Counted from the first letter of the stretch, positions 12,179 to 27,447 are shown. The stretch: DNA of 64,000 bases from Octopus sinensis (GCF_006345805.1 NC_043001.1:85250001-85314000); one strand, 5' to 3'. Program-made: numbers and translations. Notes: a model not told the origin generated them from the sequence alone.

Positions 12179-12933
12179 GTAAGTATGAAACATTTCTGTT
12201 TATAATATGTTAAGTTTATGAGATAGTGTTTTATTTTTTTTAAGCATGTTTCCCAACTAATTTCTCTAATGAAGGTACTTCTATGATTGAGCGTCTGGAG
12301 TATGCAATCGTGTCGAACACTCACAGGTTACTAACATAATAACAGTTGGTCAATTTATTTTATGGAATGTCAGTAGTAGCATGCTATAGTGCCGGTGGAT
12401 GGTAGACGCAACATGAGTCTCGGGAAGTGTCTGAGTATGGACGATATTCTATTAAGTAGTCTATTTCAGAGATTAAGTTCCATTGGCACCAGCCAGCAAT
12501 CACTGCTCTCTTGCCGAGGTAGGTATTACAGGTATGGGATAAACAGCAGAGTTATTAAACTCTTTCGTTCAATCGTCAATTGTCTGAACATTACAGATAT
12601 TTCAGTCTGCGTATATATGCTGGTGAGGCTTTTATAGTCGATTTCAATGTTGCCTAAATCCTTTATAAAAATCGATCAGTGACCCCTTCTTTTCAAATAT
12701 GTCAATCATACAGCCGATGTAAAATATACGTGACTGGTAGGAATGGTAAAAAGAGTTGTGGGATAGATGTATTTCATAGGGTTTAAAGAAATATTTTTTT
12801 CTAAGGAAAGCTTAACCAATTTCTACTAGGTCCATTTAAATATGCTGACGGCAGCAAGAGAAATGGTGTCTTAAAAATAATTTGAAGAATGTCATATGCG
12901 TGTAAGGAAGCTACGTACTGAATTCTGCTAGAC

Positions 12934-13680
<747 letters not shown>

Positions 13681-13929
13681 AAAAAAGAGAGTGAGAGAGT
13701 GAAAGATTGAGAGACTGTCGATTGCCTTGGACAAACCCTTGAAGTTATTTCGACTGCGATGAAATCCTTTTTGTATAGGTATAATAAATTCATAATGATA
13801 TGTACTATTATGTTTTGATTGGTAAAGCCTATCTTATCATGGCAGAAATTAGTAAAACTAGCGATGAATTATGAGCGCTGTGCAACATTCAGAGTTCTTT
13901 ATATTCTGCACTTTGCACCAACTTGCGTT

Positions 13930-14800
13930 TTTTCTCATTTAAATCAATGACCTCATGTCTTTAGAATTAGACATAATAGCTGTCAGTGAGACCAGGATTT
14001 AAAACACACGCGCACTAGCCCCTATTTTCAACGACTATTAAATTTTTTGCGTCTGTTCGTTGGCCGGGAATGGGAGGTGGAATAGCATTGCTATTTAGAA
14101 AAGGCTTGGATCTCGAGGTAAGATCGGTCTTCCGAGACCCGGACGGTAAGCTGGTGGTCCTGGAAGTGAGTAAATAGCAAAGATGGTGTCTTTAGACTGC
14201 ACGCTATCTATGCTCCTGCCGGGTTCAAACGTCCGGTGTCCAGAAGCTTTTCTATGTACGTCTCACCCTTTACTGTTAGTGGGAGATTGGAATGGCATCT
14301 TAGACACATGCTAAGATTAATGAGAGTAGCTGATAGAAGAGGGAGTGCAAAAGCCTCAAGCACCTGATCAGCCAGTTCCGACTGTCTCACAGGTGCCGGC
14401 GAGATTTCCATTATGCGCCATTCTGGACTTGGACCGACCGCATAGGGTCATTTAGATAGTATACAGACAGGATTTGCATTACGAAAATATACAGTAATAG
14501 CATAGGATGTCCACTTTTTAAAACGGTCGACTTGCAAATCACCAGTCTAACTTGCACGGTCAACCTAGATTCGAAGCGTAGGTTAGAAGCCGGGTACTGG
14601 AAGCTGAACAAGTCTTCCGGCACGTAAGGCATACAGAGACGAGTCAACAATTTAGTTAAGCAAAAGTTGACAGAAAGGTTCGCCGACAACATGTGGTGGG
14701 GCCTCCCAAAAGAGAGTTTAGAGCAATATCGATAGGGTTTAGCAAAGAAGTAACATTAGAAAAAATAGAAAAGAGGAAGAGCTAGTAGCTAAGTGAGACG
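13930..14800 (+). mobile_element. Decayed L1/Tx1-clade LINE, AP-endonuclease domain of ORF2
   Basis: Motifs DIIAVSETR, GGGIALLF, GKLVVLEV, RLHAIYAP, LLLVGDWNGILD, WTW, DRI, GYWKLN, with stops and frameshifts. Confidence 0.85.
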
Positions 14801-15053
14801 AGACTAACTGTAGCGGTATTGCGAATCGACGTGCTAGCAGCGAGAATGGCATCTGGTGGGCCACATCTTTATTATCCTCTCCGCCACATTTTTTAAAAAC
14901 TTTGTATGCTATGCATATGTCCCTTCTTTTTCATTTTATCCCGAGTATACTTTCTGTCTTTGATTTTTTATATATCTTCACTATATGTAAACACCCACAA
15001 TTTATGTCTGTCTTTATATATGCGGCAAATAAATGAAATCGTCGTCGTCGTCG

Positions 15054-15087
<34 letters not shown>

Positions 15088-15203
15088 TATTATTGTTAAT
15101 ATTATCGATGTTGCACAGTATACAATATCTTCAATCAACAACCTCACGATACTGTATACTGTGCGACATCTATAATAATAATAATAATGATGATGATGAT
15201 GAT

Positions 15204-15279
<76 letters not shown>

Positions 15280-15661
15280 TAAAGCGGCTAGCGGAATCGT
15301 AAATACGTGGGGCAAAATAATTTGTCATTTCGTCCGTGTTTACTTTCCGAGTTCAACTTCCACCGAGAACAACAGTGCCTTTCATCTTCTGAAGGTTAAT
15401 AAAATAATTACGTGTTCAGTGCTTTGTCCATATATTATACAATCCATTCTCACGAAGTTTCAAGCCACGTGGATATAGTACAATGGATTATTATTGTTAT
15501 AGATAACCGTATTTTATTGATGTTGTAAATATCAGGTTGTACTTTTCAGGATATATTTCATATGACTGTATATTTTTTTCCCAATTAATATAGAAAACAA
15601 TGCCAAATGTAAATTATAAATAAAAATATAACACAAACATATCTATTTTATATTTTCCCAG

Positions 15662-15769
15662 TCAGAAAAATATTTGCGATTCCAGTCAACTTGCAGACGA
15701 ATTCTTCCATATATGGAAAAAACGCTAGAAATGCGTTCCAGTGGCAATAAATTCTTCATGGGTGAACAG
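15662..15769 (+). CDS. S-crystallin A exon 5
   Basis: ttttcccag|TCA GAA...GAA CAG|gtaatc; [36 protein letters not shown]; 108 nt. Confidence 0.95.
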
Positions 15770-15943
15770 GTAATCAGTTATACCCACAACAATCACATGT
15801 AACACACCAAACATGCAGCACGTAAATAAATCAAGAAAATACATGAAAACATTGAAATAAACGACAGGAACTGGCCAGTCGCGTGTGAAATAAAAGAGAT
15901 TATATTATACATATGCTCAGACAGACGTTCACATATGTGTATA

Positions 15944-15979
<36 letters not shown>

Positions 15980-16071
15980 TATATATATATATATGTATGT
16001 ATATAAGTAAGTATGTAAGCATGTAAGGGTGCCTGTCAAGGGTCGCCTCTTTTGTGTTTAAATGTACACTA

Positions 16072-16141
<70 letters not shown>

Positions 16142-17340
16142 ATATATAACCTCGCTAACTGAAGAGATACCAGTGCGGGTTTCAGCCCCTACATCCGAAA
16201 ATTGGAGTTTTATTATGGCAACCGAATAATTGTCACATATTATATTACAGCTATATATATATCTATATATCTATGTATATGTATGTATAGGTATGTATAT
16301 TTACACACACACATACATATATATATATATGTGTGTGTATGTGTGTGTTTGTGTATTTGTATGTAAGTATAAGGAGAATATAACACAAGAATGGAGGATA
16401 ATAAGCCTTAATAGTATAGTAGAACATTTGTTATCAACAGTCATATGTGAGCGCTTCATGTTGTGCATTATAATTAATTCCACTTGTATCCACATACACA
16501 AATACACACACATAGCAATGGGTCTAGTTTGGCTTCGAAATATGTGAAACTCCACAATTAGGTGCACATAGTAAAGCATGAAAATATGCTTAATGCAGCT
16601 CAACGCGCCAGTGTGTGTGCAAACATACTTTCAATAGATGAAAATGTGCACATACGTGTGTACTTATATTTATAAATTTGTACGAGAACGTGTACGAGCC
16701 TTCTCACATGAAATCATCAAGAAATTAATCAATGAATGACGAACGTAAATTGTAATAAAATTTGCCAGGATAATGAAAGGGAGACAACAGTTAAAATTAT
16801 TTCCCATGATATGTATGCCTCGTCTTCTCTCATCGGAGATGAACAGGATTAGCAGCGTCGCATAACAAAGGCCTGATGATTACTGACAATGCAGCAAGCG
16901 TGAAAATGAAAAAAGTTGTAATATAGATTCATTCGGCAAAACTTCTTCAAAGCGGTGCCTCAGCATAGTCACACTCTAATGACAGAAAGAATATATATAT
17001 ATATATATATATATATGAATTTATGAGCTGCTAATAGATTCATACATTTTTATTTTTTAACTGTTTCCGTCATTTGATAGCGGCCTTGCTGGAGCACTGC
17101 TTTGAAGAACATTTGGTCGAACGAAAATCATCCTCACTTTAGCTGAACCGCTAACTACGGGAACGTAAACAAACCAACTCCAGTTGTTAGTGTTGGTTGC
17201 GAAAAAGGAATGACGCACACACTCAAACACACATGCACTCACACATTCACACACACACACACACAACCGCGCGCACACACATACTCACATACACTCATAC
17301 ACACATACATATGTTTATAATAATAATAATAATGATAATA

Positions 17341-17377
<37 letters not shown>

Positions 17378-17451
17378 TAATAGTAATAATAAAATAATAA
17401 TAATAATAATAGTAATAATAATAATAATAATATAATAATAATAATAACAAC

Positions 17452-17500
<49 letters not shown>

Positions 17501-18280
17501 TAATAATAATAAGATTGTCTTAACTGGTACATCACACGTATTGAAAAGAGCATTGTCGATGTGAGAACTATTACTACCCATGTATTTTAATTTAACTTTA
17601 AAAAAAATGAACGATCTATTGAGTTCAGATCAATGGCCTACCAACGTATACTAAGAGTTTCTTTGCCATAGGAGTCGGGAAGACACTCGGCAAGAAATGG
17701 AAGCAAATTTGAAAGAAAAAAAAAAATAATAATAAAATGTGACAACAAATGAATGAGTCTTCGATATTAGATTAACAGAGGATTATTTATATGTTATTGT
17801 TTAGAACAAATAGTAAAATGCCATTATAGAACTCGTAGTTTCCAAATGTCGGAGCGAAGAACTACGATACATAGCGCCTATTAACATTATTAACCGACGA
17901 GAATGTGTCGACATTTGAAGACTCCGAGTACTGTAATGATAACCTTTTACTGTTTGTTCTAAATCATGAAGCATATATATATATATATACATATACGACG
18001 TGCTTCTTTCTGTTTCCGTCAACGAAATCCTCTCACAAGACTTTAGTCGCCCCGAGGCTAAAGTAAGGACACGGATTGAATCCTCAACTATGTGATTGGG
18101 AAGCAAACTTCTTATCAGACAGCCACACCAGTAGAGATATGGTCTAGGCACGTTTTTATAACACGTATAGTGCCACCAAGTAGTCCTAAGGCTTGGCACA
18201 AATGTTTCCCACCTCTCACAGCCTGGAGTAATATTTTGCTGATCTAACCTTATCAGAAAGGAAAAATGTACACGGACACA

Positions 18281-18363
<83 letters not shown>

Positions 18364-18453
18364 ACTTATTTTCGCTGTATTGTGTATTTCCTTTATTTCG
18401 CCACTGATTTTATATTGGTCCCTTAATTTGGTGCTTTTGTATATATATATATG

Positions 18454-19445
18454 AAATTAATAAATAAAATAAAACATATGCATACATACATACATATATG
18501 TACCTACCTACCTCTACATGTATATATACATGCATATATGGGTACAGGACACCAAATGAGAACACAATGAGAAACATAAACATAAACACAAAACCAAGGA
18601 AATGGACATTTTTCTTAAACAACGAAAAAATAGAGTACAGGACATACAATACAAGGAAAATTCCCCTTCTTCAGTCGCCTTTGTTTCATCTACTCCGCGT
18701 TTCGAAGGTCAAGGTGAGACACGACTTTAAAGAAACATTCCTTCCCGCGAAAAGCAAATTAAATGAAATTTAAGATTTTTTGCGGAGGGGTAAAAATGGT
18801 AGCAAAAACAGGACAATAAAGACAGTACAAAATATAAACAATAAAGGACAGGACAAGCAGAATAACAGTAACACAAACATTGAGAGCTGTTAAGTCAGAA
18901 AGAAAGAAAACATATTATGAACGCTTTTGAGGACGGCGAGAGAGAGCCAGGAAATCCATTCGCACTTGAAGGAAGCCAGGTCAGAAAGACAGTAGCAGAG
19001 CTCTCGTCGCGGGTCAACGACGGGAGGGAGGAGGAGGAGCAAGAGAAAGGGAGTGAAAAAGGGAATGGCTGTAGAGAAAACCGGAAAGAATAAATAATGA
19101 GAGAGAGAGAGAGGGAGAGACAGTAAGGTAGAAGTAAAGGAAACCCGAAAGAATGAAGGCTGAAAAATGGAGTGGGACAGAATGTATAAGAGTGCGCATC
19201 ATTATTAATATCAAGATCAATCTTACTTAGAAATGGATGCGTGCGTTCCGTCATATAATAAATTAATAAATAAAATAAAACATATGCATATATACATACA
19301 TATATGTACCTACATACCTCTACATGTATATATACATGCATATATGGGTACAGGACACCAAAAAACGTCGAACACAATGAGAAACGAAAACATAAACACA
19401 AAACCAAGGAAATGGACATTTTTCTTAAACAACGAAAACATAGAG

Positions 19446-19447
<2 letters not shown>
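18454..19447. mobile_element. Non-coding element of about 1 kb with direct terminal repeats of about 190 bp, embedded in (TA)n
   Basis: 18454-18638 is repeated at 19260-19447 (cataTGCATA...GGGTACAGGACACCA...GGAAATGGACATTTTTCTTAAACAACG...ATAGAGTA). Confidence 0.7.
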
Positions 19448-19479
<32 letters not shown>

Positions 19480-19754
19480 CTTGCTTGTGAGTGTGTTTGT
19501 GAGTGAGTGTGTGTGTATGTGTGTGTGTGTGCTTGCTCGCGAGTGTGTTTGTGAGTGAGTGTGTGTGTGTAAACGCTTTGTGCTAATTGCGATAAAGTGT
19601 AGTTAATGTTATTCTAGAAATTTTCTGAGCGGTGGGTGAGTTTGACTGTTCCTATTCTAAATTCCACCTGAGGCTTCATAGGTCTCTGAAACCTGATGAG
19701 ATTTGCAATAACGACCTGTATCCCATTATTTGCTTCTTTACTATATACATTCAT

Positions 19755-19830
<76 letters not shown>

Positions 19831-19886
19831 CGTATATATATATTTATATATGTGTATATATATACATATATATATATATGTATATG

Positions 19887-19917
<31 letters not shown>

Positions 19918-20632
19918 TATATATATATATATGTATATATATATTTATATATCTGTATGTATATGTGTATATATACGTGTATATATATATATACATATAT
20001 GTATGTATATATATATATATGTAGTCGCTTTGTGTTAATTGCGAAAAATTGTAGTTAAAGCTATTCTGCAAATTTTATTGGCGTTGAGTTTGACTGTTGT
20101 TACTCTGAATTCCACCTGAGGGTGCACAAATCTCTGAAACTTGATGAGATTTGCATATCTACTTCGATATAGGAGGGGAAAGAAAGGGAATTAAAAAAGA
20201 AGTAAAAATAGTAATAAAACCGAAAAGGGAAAGGGAACAAATGATAATAAAAGAAGAAACATAAAATAACATGAGAGAAACAGAAAGAAGAAATGAGGGC
20301 AATGTGTTTAATAGAAAAGAATGAAGTAGGATGACCGACTCATACTATGGTTAAACAATATAATGGACTAATTCAAAAGAATATAGCAGATAAATAAGGT
20401 TTTAAACCGAGGGCAAAGTAGGTGAATGAGTAAGTAAGCAAATAAATATTCAACAATGGTATGACAGTTAGAGTGAATGCTACTGGGGTCCTGATTGAAA
20501 CCAATAGACGAAAAGGAGTATGTAGCAATGTGGTAGTAATGAATAAACAATAAGATAGAATAATGCAACAAAATACTCGAGTAACAACTGAACTATAGAA
20601 TATATATTTATGTGTGTGCATGTATATATATG

Positions 20633-20693
<61 letters not shown>

Positions 20694-20782
20694 CCACACA
20701 CACATATATATATATATATGAAAAAATATACATGCATGTATTTATTTATATATGAGTGTCCATATACGTATGTATATACACG

Positions 20783-20853
<71 letters not shown>

Positions 20854-20892
20854 TTTCTACATATATATGTATATATATATATATATATCTAT

Positions 20893-21290
20893 CATGGTCG
20901 CCATGATAGATCGGTAGCCACTACACACATTTTTTTCTCTCTTTGTTTCTCTCCTGCTTTTTTTCTGTGTCCCTTTCTAGAGAAGAGCGTAGGCTAGAAA
21001 CGTAAAATACCTTTTCAATTCCTGAGCGTTATACTAATACATCTGTTTGTTTTCTACACCACCTGTGTTCGTCTTTTGTTTTTTTCGTAAACTCTCCCTA
21101 TATATATATGTATATATATATATATAGGGAGAGTTTGTACAAAACAAAGAGATGTATTAGTATAACGCTTAGTAATAGAAAAAAGTCTTTTATGTTTAGA
21201 GCCTACGCTCTTCTATAGAAAGGAACACAGAAAAAAACAAGGAGAGAAAAAAACGTGTGTAGTGGTTACCAATCTATCACGGCGACCATG
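20893..21290. mobile_element. Tail-to-tail inverted pair of a roughly 200-bp (TA)n-associated element carrying a variant hammerhead (family Y)
   Basis: 20893-21100(+) and 21127-21290(-) are reverse-complement homologs; further copies at 24860-25065(-) and about 36800-36915(+). Confidence 0.8.
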
Positions 21291-22850
21291 ACATATATAT
21301 ATACATATGTATATATACTTATATATATATATATATGTATATACATATATGCATATATATATATATTTATATATGTGTATATACATGTATACATATATAT
21401 GTATATGTATGAATATATAGAGTGTGTGCGTGTGTATGTACACAGATATATATATATATATATAATCAGAATATTGAAAGATATATTTATAATATATTGG
21501 AAGTTACTGGAAAGCATGACAAATATAATGAAAGGGGAATAATCATAGCAACAGGATATTGAATTAGAGGGTGGGCAGTTTTTGGGAGTAACAATTTCGG
21601 TGATAGTAAAAAATATAATAGAAATATCAGATTGATGACAAAGTAGATACAAGTTGAATGTTGGTGTGGATATCAAATGGAGTAAAATTTTATAGAATAT
21701 ATTTAGAAAAAGTTATTGAAAAGATAAAGAAAAGCTAAGAAGTCAAAGACTTTTAGAATTATAAAGATTATAAAAATTGTAAGATTGAGACATGTAGAAG
21801 AAATATATATAAGAAATGGAAAGCATGTGAGGAAAGAGAGTAAAATGAGAAACCATATATTTTAGGAAGTGTGGAATTGTACATAAAACATAACTCATGT
21901 AAGTGTATTAAGGTAGGAACAACGATGGTCAGGAAGGAGAGTAGGTCGTAATGTTTGAAAATAAGTTTCTTTATTAGCCACACAGGGCTGAACACAGAGA
22001 GGACAAATAACAAAGTAGAGCTTTTCTTTTCGGGAAGGAGAAAAAGCGGGGAGTACGTTTTCGATCAAAAGGAAATCGTAAAAAAAAACGATCAATAGGG
22101 ACAGAAATGTCATGATGTAAAGTGTAAACGGGGAAAGAGATAAGGTTTATCCGTGGAAAGAAAAGCCTTCGGAAAAACCACGGTAACCTCGGTCAATAAT
22201 GTCACATGTTAACACATTTATTTGCAAGTAAGTAACTCACTGTTTTAAATTTTCCGGGTTCATAGGATTAAGCTCAAGGTAGCTTCGTCATACATAGTGC
22301 TATCCTTGCTACATACACCCATCTTTTTTTTTAAACATTCGCTAGTCAAAACTTGTCTCTCTACTCTCACTTTCCTTTTCAAGTGATACTTGAAGACGTT
22401 GATGAGAGATTGACCAGAGAAGAAGATGTTTGTCTCTAATCCTTTCAGACTCGTTCACCAGATACATTCTTTCGCCATAGCGCAAATTGTGATGAAAATA
22501 GCTCTTCCTTCCCAAAAAGTTTACAATACCAGGTGAAAACGATAAAGATAGTGATATTAAGTAACGGAAAACATGACCATCCGATGTAGTGAAAATAAAG
22601 AGGGAATGATGGCAAATATAAGGATACTGATATGAAAGGATTAGGTCTAAACATATATATATACACATATATATATATACACATATACGTATCTGTATAT
22701 ATATATATATATACATACATACATACGTACATACATACACACATACATACGTATATTTATGTATACGTACTTTTTCATTTATTTATATATGTAATTATAT
22801 ACATTTGCTTTTATAGTTGTATATATAATTTTTATTTTTTCCACATTCAG

Positions 22851-23015
22851 ATGACACTGGCCGATATCATGTGTTACAGCGCTCTAGAAAGCCCAATGCT
22901 GGAAGATTCAAGTTTTCTACACAGTTACCCAAAACTTCAGAGTTTAAGAAACCGTGTCAAGAATCAACCAAATATCAACAACTATTTGAAAATGAGGAAT
23001 TGTACAGAATTCTAA
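22851..23015 (+). CDS. S-crystallin A exon 6 (last coding exon)
   Basis: cacattcag|ATG ACA CTG GCC GAT...TTC TAA; [54 protein letters not shown]; GST N-capping box TxAD. Confidence 0.95.
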   Translation: MTLADIMCYSALESPMLEDSSFLHSYPKLQSLRNRVKNQPNINNYLKMRNCTEF

Positions 23016-23326
23016 GAAACAATTTCCAACTCGCCATAGTAACTTACTCTAAGACGTCATTAGAGTAATTGTTGGTGATATCCATACATTTAATGTGGTA
23101 ATTCAATAACTACGTGACATATATATATATATATACGCATGCGTACGCATATATACTTATATACATATATGTGTGTGTCTGTGTATGCATATTTGTGTCT
23201 ATATATGTATTCACATATACACACTATCATAGCAAATCGCAAGCCACTCACAGGCATACACAACACGCATACACACACAGAGACTCATATATATATAATA
23301 TTTCTATATTGGATTTTATGGGATGA

Positions 23327-23332
23327 AATAAA
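23327..23332 (+). terminator. Probable polyadenylation signal of gene A
   Basis: First AATAAA I found after the stop (about 310 nt downstream), followed by T-rich sequence. Confidence 0.6.
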
Positions 23333-23584
23333 TGTTGTATACTAATTTCTTACGAGTGATTTCACTTTTTCACGAGACTAAGAGGATTTTCTCGTCACTT
23401 TTTATCACCATGTTATATTCATTTCTATGTATTCTAATGTGTCTGCAAATTCAAAAATTTACATTCGATATTACCTAGTTATTGCATATTTTGTACATCA
23501 CAAGGCATGAATATTTAAAATCTCAGTTGTCACAAAATGTTTACTAGGCTATCAATGTCGGAAACACTACAAGTACGCATGTAC

Positions 23585-23615
<31 letters not shown>

Positions 23616-23988
23616 TGTATGTATGTATGTATGTATGTATGTATGTATGTAGTATGTATGTATGTATGTATGTATGTATGCATGCATGTATGTGTGTTTG
23701 CGTGTGTGTGTGCGTCTGTGTGTGCGTGGATGCTGGTAGGTAAGTTGGCATGTAAGTTCTCTTCATGTATTATCGGAAGTTTTATTGCACAGAAGGAATA
23801 GCTTTCCAAGAAAGATGCAATGTTGCATTACTTGAATTTTGATATGTACGTCTATGCATATATATATGTGTGTATATATATATATATTGGATAGTCGTGG
23901 AAAAAGGCCTTCCATCGCATTCTTCGGATTAGTCCTTAGTTTTGGAGAGGAGGAGTAACTGGAAAGTATACATATAAGTATATATGTG

Positions 23989-24020
<32 letters not shown>

Positions 24021-24550
24021 ATATATATTATATATATATATGTATGTATACATATATAAATATATATATTATATTAATATATGCATATGTATATGTGTTC
24101 ATATATATATATATATATATATAATATACATACAAGAAAATTATAGAAAATGGACATAGTGACATTATTTAAAATTCACTAGAGTTGTCTTGACGCATTC
24201 TTACATCTTTTGTACATAGTTGAAAAGGTGTGCAAACATTGTCACAAGTGGTAATGTATACCCAGATTGATAAGTTGTTCCCAGTGATCTACAGAAAAAA
24301 ACTACAACCATAGATATATTTATAGATAAAACATTATTACAATCAAAATAAAACATACATAAATAAATTAAAAATAGACAAATGAAAAGAAAAGTGTCAC
24401 GCCCAATATAAATTGCATGATAGTATCAGGTAGCCAATCAATGTGGACAAGCTTTACATACCCTGCTGATACTTTTATACCCGAATCTTATATATATGTA
24501 TATATATTACACAATAAAATTCCTTTGCAGTGTTCTGTATGAATACAAAC

Positions 24551-24587
<37 letters not shown>

Positions 24588-24627
24588 CGTGTGTATGTGT
24601 GTGTGTGTGTGTGTGTATTATCTGGGC

Positions 24628-24688
24628 AGATAACCGAAGAGATGGTGTTGTGGATTTCCACATCGGCATCCGAAACTCAGTTTTATCT
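24628..24688 (+). ncRNA. Type I hammerhead motif, family Z
   Basis: AGAUAA CCGAAGA GAUG...CAUCc GAAAC uca GUU UUAUCU; perfect 6-bp stem I. Confidence 0.7.
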
Positions 24689-24789
24689 TGGCTTTTGAGT
24701 AATTGTCACATGTTATTTTACAGATAAATTTCCTCTATTTACATAATATTGAGGTCTCTTTCTTTCTTTTGTTATCTTACCATTTTTAC

Positions 24790-24861
<72 letters not shown>

Positions 24862-24952
24862 TAAAGTTCTCGAAAAAAAAAACAAAAGACGAAGACAGGT
24901 GATGTATAAAACAAACAGATGTATTAGTATAACGTTCAGGAATAGAAAAAAG

Positions 24953-24990
24953 TCTTTTACATTTCGAGCCTACGCTCTTCTACAGAAAGG
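24953..24990 (-). ncRNA. Variant minimal hammerhead motif, family Y
   Basis: Minus: ccuuu CUGUAGA A GAGC guag GCUC GAAAU GUA aaaga. Confidence 0.5.
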
Positions 24991-25111
24991 GACACAGAAA
25001 GAAAAACAAGGACAGAAACAAGGAGAGAAAAAATGTGTGTAGTGGCTACCGAGCTCTCATGGATATATATATGTATATATATATAGGCAGGCATATATAT
25101 ATATGCATACA

Positions 25112-25152
<41 letters not shown>

Positions 25153-25592
25153 GTATAATTATATTTATCTTATATAAGACAACGTTGCCCATATGTCATT
25201 TTTAACATGAAAAAGATTGATGGATGGAAGCAAACAATAAAAAAGCTGAATAGGAAACGAATAAATTAGTGCAGCAACGTTGAAATGTGTTTGGAAAAAG
25301 ACTGAAACAGATAAATAATGAAATCACTTTCAAACATGTGATAACTTTTAAACGCTTATCGGTTCTTATAAAATTTCTTCGAACCACTTCAAATTTTTCA
25401 AATTTTCACCGATTATTACCAAAAGAATGCAATTCTGATGTAATTTTGTATTCTGATGACGTGTATTCTCGTCATAATTCTCCAGAAGTTAATGATTACA
25501 GTTGCAAGCAAGAAGTAACTTTTTGATGCCATTGAGACCACAACAGTAACAACTATAGGCCTACATGCGCAGAAGGCGGTGTGATAGCATAT

Positions 25593-25645
<53 letters not shown>

Positions 25646-26162
25646 CAGAGGGATGACCACTAAGTGGACATCCATTATGCTAGAGGTAGACCCGATATGG
25701 TCTGACTACTAAGAGAAGATTTTTCTCAATATATATATATATATTTATATACATGTATGTGTGTGTGTATGTGTGTGTCCTTGTATGTGGTGTTTAGGCG
25801 TTTACATTCCCGTAAATCAAAGCTACACTGAAGAGAATATTAGAATAAGTACTAGAGTGAAAAACTAAGAACGGGAGTAGTTTTCTTCGACTGAAATTCT
25901 TTAAAGCGTTGCCCTGGCATGGCCGCAGTATAATGTCAGTTAAAATTAAAAGATAAATACGTATATATGCGTGTATATTTGTATACATACATACCTGTGT
26001 ATTCGTATACTGGCTGTGTGGTAAGTAGCTTGCTTACGAACCATATAGTTCTGGTTTCAGTCCCACTGCATGGCACCTTGAGCAAGTCTCTTCTACTATA
26101 GCCTCGGGCCGACCAAAGCTTTGTGAGTGGATTTGGTAGACGAAAACTGTAAGAAGCAAGTC

Positions 26163-26205
<43 letters not shown>

Positions 26206-26441
26206 GGTGCGTGTGTGTGCGCGCGCGCGTATGCTTGTGTCTCTGTGTTTGTCCCCCCACATCGCTTGACAACCGATGCTGGTGTGTTTACGTCCCCGTA
26301 ACTTAGCTGTTCGGCAAAAGTGACCGATAGATTAATTACTAGGCGTACAAAGAATAAGTCCTGGGGTCGATTTGTTCGACTAAAGGCGGTGCTCCAGCAT
26401 GGCCACAGTCAAACAAATGACAAACAAGTAAAAGAATAAAA

Positions 26442-26484
<43 letters not shown>

Positions 26485-27360
26485 TATATTATATAACTTC
26501 ATGCTTCTAGCTATCTACCTACCTAGCTACCTACCTACCTAGCTACCCACCTACCTACCCATCTAACTATCTAGGTATCTATCTACCTTTCTGTCTATCT
26601 CAAACTCTGTCAATATATTTATAGGTTTTATCCTTCAGCTCTTCTTCTTTAAAAGCAAGCGTACTTCAGACAAAAGCAATTTTCTGAAGTGCACATTTAT
26701 TAGCCGAAATAATTTGCTTGTCGTTATAGACAAGAAAATTCTTTCGGCTGATGGAATAAAAATTGTTTACAATATATTTTGTAACTATGCTTCTGTGCAT
26801 CCATCTTTTTTATCTAACCTATCTCTATGTCTATTTATCTACCCATCAAATTATTTATATTTATATACGTGTTTTGTTTAAATGGCATTATTGACAAGAA
26901 TTTCCTTCCACTTTATATTTCTTTGTCTCGTCCTTTCTCTTCGAAGCGGTTGTTTTAGATCATCACATGAAGACCAGGATATATAATCCTTTGTACCATT
27001 GGCGCAATTCCTGAAATTTTGGGGCAAGACGTGAGTCAATTACATCACTACCCGTCCTCAACCGGTTTTATTTCATCGATAACCAAAACGATTAAAGGTT
27101 ATGTCGATCTCACTAGCATTTGAACTCAGACCGTGAAACTGCCAGAAATGCCGTTATGCTTTTTCTCCGACTTGCTAAGGATTCTGACAGTTCAACGCTT
27201 TGTCCTGGTTGTATAATAAATGTAGATCACAAAATTTTTTATTCGTTCATTTCTTTCAAATCTAAATAAATATAAAGAAACCTATACACGTACCCAAGAT
27301 AAATATGATATATATATATTTATCCCCTGTATCAGTATAAGCTATATATATATATATATA

Positions 27361-27447
27361 TACAGCTGAAAATTGCTCTACATTTTAAATTGATGTAATG
27401 ATTGCATTGTTCAATTAAATGCAGTTGCATGAAACGATCGTAGTCTA
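27361..27447 (+). ncRNA. Degenerate hammerhead motif, family X copy 2
   Basis: CUGAAAA uUGC...GCAu GAAAC gauc GUA; alignable to 10326-10411 and 30445-30532. Confidence 0.55.
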
